Origin: Octopus vulgaris
Lineage: Eukaryota
DNA length: 64,000 bases
Reading direction: 5' to 3'
Assembly: GCA_951406725.2 (NCBI GenBank)
Contig: OX597814.1
Coordinates: 10,602,001-10,666,000, forward strand
Made by a program: the position numbers and the translations under genes. The notes beneath the pieces were generated by a model. That model was not told the DNA's origin. It saw only the letters and a list, made by a program, of their open reading frames with translations, and searched no databases. Below are positions 59,501 through 64,000 of the stretch, piece by piece; the stretch's first letter is position 1, and each line of letters opens with the position of its first letter.

Positions 59501-60693
59501 TCTTTCTGCTCTAGAATTTCATTTATTGCTTATAAGTGCAAGTGAAAATGAAATGCATACTAATCTCTCTACCTACTAACAACAATCACATGTCGACCTT
59601 CTGTGAATATATCCTTGTATTAATCAACCTTAAGCTAAGTCGTCAATGTCGTCGGAGCGTCGAAAAAGATGTCTTCTTATAATTGTTCCGACACTCTTCA
59701 CTCCCTGTTCAAATTTTGCCTTGGTTAGTTTTTGAGTTTCACCCTTTCAATGCCAATAAATAATGTTTTAGTCAAGGAATGGGAATGACTTTTATACCCA
59801 CTCTCTCACTCTCTTCTCCCTCTCTCTCACACACACACACACACTCACTCATTCACTCACTCACTTTCCGTCACTCTCTTAGAAGACTATGCGTGACCAA
59901 TATCTGCGATCTCAGAAAAGATAGGCGATTATAATGATATTAGATAATGTATTCCGACTACACATGGGAAATAAGTTATTCCTCTCTCAAAACTTTGTTC
60001 AAATTTGGTGAGACCTTTAAATAAAGTATGAGCTACTGAAATGTGACGCATGAACATGACTCCGAGAAATTAAGCCACGAGTGGATGCTGATCGATCGAC
60101 TTGAAACTGCAACCAAATTATTCTTAAGTCATACCCAACCATCTTAAAAACCATGATTTCTCAGATTAAATTTTCGAAACAGTTTGTAAGGCATGATACA
60201 TGGAAACGGAAGTGCTGCTCATGACTGGTGCATTGGTGCATTTTCGGTTTCAGTTCTGCATAACCAGGGCCGAGCAAGAGCGAACCAAAAGAAATTTCTT
60301 CTTATTAAAGTTACTGAATGTCACCGTCAGGATAGAGTTTAGAAATATTTCTATTTATGACATCTACAAGAGAAACGATAGCTAAGTCACATTTCATACA
60401 TTTGTATGTCACCCTCAATTGAAGAGGGGATTAGTTTCGTTATTTACAGTGCCCTAAGAATACTAGGATCGTAGACTCATACGAAAATCCCAGACAACTC
60501 ATGTAGGTATCGCTCGTATAGAAGCTCCGGCGATGAAAATACAATCACATACCAATCTTCTCAGCCATAATCTGTTACAGCAGTACAAAATTATGTATCT
60601 TTAGGTTAACCTAAGAGGAACAACAAACACAAGGACACAATTCTCAGGACAAAAAAGTTTGATTCAACGTTCAACATAATGTAGATTTCAATA

Positions 60694-61391
60694 TTGTTGA
60701 GTATTGCTCTCTGGGAGATATCTTGTAGTAGTAAAACAGTAGTTTTAACTGCTATTTCTAAATTTCGGTATGTAGTAAATCAAATTTTGCTACAACCCTA
60801 ATTATGATTATACTCATAATTATTGAATTTTTGTATATATGTTTACCGATAATGGTTCTTTTAACATACCGAACTACTTGGTAAAATTATTAATTATTAA
60901 TTGATTAATTAATTAATTTTACTCTTTATTATTATTGATAATATAATTCTATCCCTGATAGTAAACTACACTTTCTGCTGAATTTTGCTCGTTGGTACAC
61001 GTGGGTGTGTGAGGAGGAATGCGAGATCCCATTCGTCTGTTTGAATTCGGAAGTGCTGGTCTTTGGATATATGCTGTTTGATGTCGCTTGGTCAAATACG
61101 TATGTTAGTTATCAGTGATCTCAAATTTAAAATTTGAAAAACTGTACTGTTAAGGAGAGTGTGTGATTAGAAATATGATTTTACATTTTTCCCATCTTTC
61201 TAACTCCGAAACGCGTATACGGGTAGAGTCGTTATTTTTTTCTCTTTCTCTGCGTGAGTTGTTGAGTATTGCTGTCTGGGAGATATCTTATAGTAGTAAA
61301 GTAGTAGTTTTAAGGGCTATTTCTAAATTTCGGTATGTGGTGAAGCAAATTTTGCTGAACCTTCCCTAATTATAATTATACTCATAATTAT
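60694..61391. repeat. Diverged direct repeat of about 130 bp (60694-60823 / 61259-61391)
   Basis: Shared ttgttgagtattgct.tctgggagatatctt..ctatttctaaatttcggtatgt..attatactcataattat. Confidence 0.85.
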
Positions 61392-61407
61392 AGATTTTAT
61401 ATATATA

Positions 61408-61800
61408 CTAGAAGTATCACCCGGCGCTGCTCGGGTTTGTTTCAACCCTTTAGAATTGGAATTTTTGAAAAGTAAAAAATGTGCATTATGTAGCTTGTTA
61501 TTCTCTTTAAGTGAACATTTTTCTGGTTGAAATGCACCACAAAATGGCGACAGAGCAGTAAAAAGTCGTAAAAAATAGTGATTTTCAATAAAAAAAAGCA
61601 CCTTTCTGATGTAAATTAATTTTTGGTGTTAATATTGGTCCGATTTGAATTTTTTCTTCCACGGAAAGAAGACCAAGCCTTCTTCTATCATACTTTCAAT
61701 TTTGGTTAACTTGCGCCGCAGGGTCTCGGAGGAGATAGTGATAGTTGAATGCTACCAAACCTGCCATACACAGACAACTTCAGCTTTATATATATATAGA
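61408..61800 (-). mobile_element. Non-autonomous Helitron (393 bp)
   Basis: Minus strand A|TC...CTAG|T; hairpin cccggcgctgctcggg (61420-61435). Termini similar to 17668-18059. Confidence 0.8.
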
Positions 61801-61921
61801 TGAACGTGTTTTCGTCCAATATTCTGTTGCATTCGCGCAAATACGCGCACAGTCACGCGTAGAATCCAATATGTTGCATGAACACAACTCAAGGCAATAG
61901 TGTACGACATTCACTCACTCG

Positions 61922-62058
61922 CAGAAAATGCATTGTTTCGGGCCTTTGTTATCAAGATAGAGACTTGGTGTGTAAATTTTCAGCTCGATCCTAGGACGTC
62001 TAGTGCCATTGAATCCTTACCAAAGCCAAAGTCCGCAAGTTTTTTTCCTCTTTTATAT

Positions 62059-62121
<63 letters not shown>

Positions 62122-62363
62122 ATATGAATTATCTTGTTAATATATATATAATAGAAATATTAACCGAAACCTTAGCAAAAGTCTCAACAGAAAAAACACG
62201 GCAGAAGTTACGACCGGAAAATATTAGTTATCGCCATACTCACAGAAAATGCATTGTTTCGGGCCTTTGTTATCAAGATAGAGACTTGAAATCTACTCTG
62301 GCCGTAACTACACCACGCCTTCTATAGGTGTGTAAATTTTCAGCTCGATCCTAAGAAGTCTAG
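61922..62363. repeat. Direct duplication, first copy internally deleted
   Basis: cagaaaatgcattgtttcgggcctttgttatcaagatagagacttg and ggtgtgtaaattttcagctcgatccta each occur twice. Confidence 0.8.
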
Positions 62364-62607
62364 GTAAATAAAACCTTTGAACAGAGATTGTCGGAAGCGA
62401 CACCTACTGGTTTGGCTACGCTGCATTGAAAATATATATATATATATATAGCTGCCGGCCAAGAGAGTGGAGCGACTGACCTCCCTTGTTCAAAGGTTAT
62501 AGATAGAGTTTGTGTATCAAATATCTAGATAAGGCGATAGCCTCATGGAGCTAATAGATAGCTTTATATTTTTATAAGAATGGATAGATAGTATGGATAG
62601 ATAGATG

Positions 62608-62689
<82 letters not shown>

Positions 62690-62733
62690 ATATAGATAGA
62701 TATGATATGTATATATATATAGGTATATATATA

Positions 62734-62818
<85 letters not shown>

Positions 62819-63657
62819 AATGTAGGATTAAATTTTTCGAAAAAAATTCTATCAAAGGCCAGCATATTAAAAAATACCTTTCAAGGTTAAATTTATAAAC
62901 AATTTATAAGTAAGGGCAAAAGAAAAAAATTTTAATGCCAAAATATGCCGAAAATAGACACAACGTCAATAACCATGTAATTTATGACTACAAGCACGCG
63001 TTTCGAAGAAAGCCGACAGAAATTTCTAAAAAATCCCCTTATTACCATATCGCACCCGATTTCAGAGTTAGTTCATAAGAACCTGCTCTTCATCAGTGAT
63101 AATTGCGGCAAAGGAATAAGTGAAATACTTACTTACACCCATGGAAGTGGATTTATATACTATATATATACATATATATATGGATATATATATATATATA
63201 TATCAATGGAATAAAACGCAATAGAGGGCATTAAAATTTTCGGACAGATAGACGATACATAGGCGGACAAGAGAAACGATAATTAGAAGGACAGGCAAAA
63301 ATAGACGGGTTATTCTTGGCTTTCTTTCATCAGTCAAGTCCCTGAAGTCACGACCATTTCAAGTAGTTACACTTGACATGGTTCGATTTGATTTCTTCCA
63401 AAAATGTCTGTGCTAAGAGCATTAGACGTCTTTGTAAGAAAGCTAGCGAATGTGTACGGCAACAAAGACAACAAAAAAAAGAGAGAAACAAATAAACAAA
63501 AAGCGGAGAACATGGTACACAATTACGGTATTCATTTGTAAAGTGCTTGTAAGCACGCTTTGCTTACCTACGCGGTAATACTAAGATCATTCTTAAAATC
63601 GAGGTAGCTGATATTTTGTATATTTCTGTTTGACCTATATATAATATATAAGTGCAG

Positions 63658-63718
<61 letters not shown>

Positions 63719-63940
63719 TCCCGTCTGACCATTTTGTCCAAGTCAGACGCCATGATAGATCGTTAGCCACTACACACTTTTATATATCCTTGTTTCTCTC
63801 CTTGTATTTTTTTTCTGTGTACCTTTCTGTAGAAGAGCGTAAAAGACTTTTTCTATTCTGAGCGCTATACTAATACATCTGTTTATTTTGTACACCACCT
63901 GTCTTCGTCTTTTGCATTTTTTTTTCGTAAACTTTCCCTA

Positions 63941-63997
<57 letters not shown>

Positions 63998-64000
63998 AAA

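Overview
AT-rich, gene-free-looking eukaryotic intronic or intergenic DNA, dense in microsatellites. The SINE families and the (TA)n/(CATA)n/(GATA)n load suggest an Octopus (cephalopod) genome; this is an inference. No host protein-coding exon is recognisable, and almost all listed ORFs are microsatellite translations. Real coding remnants are all from transposons: a Penelope-like GIY-YIG endonuclease (6.6-7.4 kb), RTE, CR1-group and R4/Dong-like LINE fragments, and several Tc1/mariner relics. The window also holds about 25 tRNA-derived SINE copies with swappable tails, two hAT MITEs with 8-bp TSDs and two canonical non-autonomous Helitrons. The most unusual signal is a small non-coding structured element present three times (17912-17994, 49621-50399, 57300-57707). 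All three have the same head-to-head foldback architecture and matching end points; two have 12-bp TSDs and one has a 360-bp tandem monomer. It looks like a Penelope-mobilised or retrozyme-like RNA element. Several further foldback elements, some with degenerate minimal hammerhead-ribozyme motifs, sit next to (TA)n tracts. Family letters (A-F) are working labels; no database search was run.
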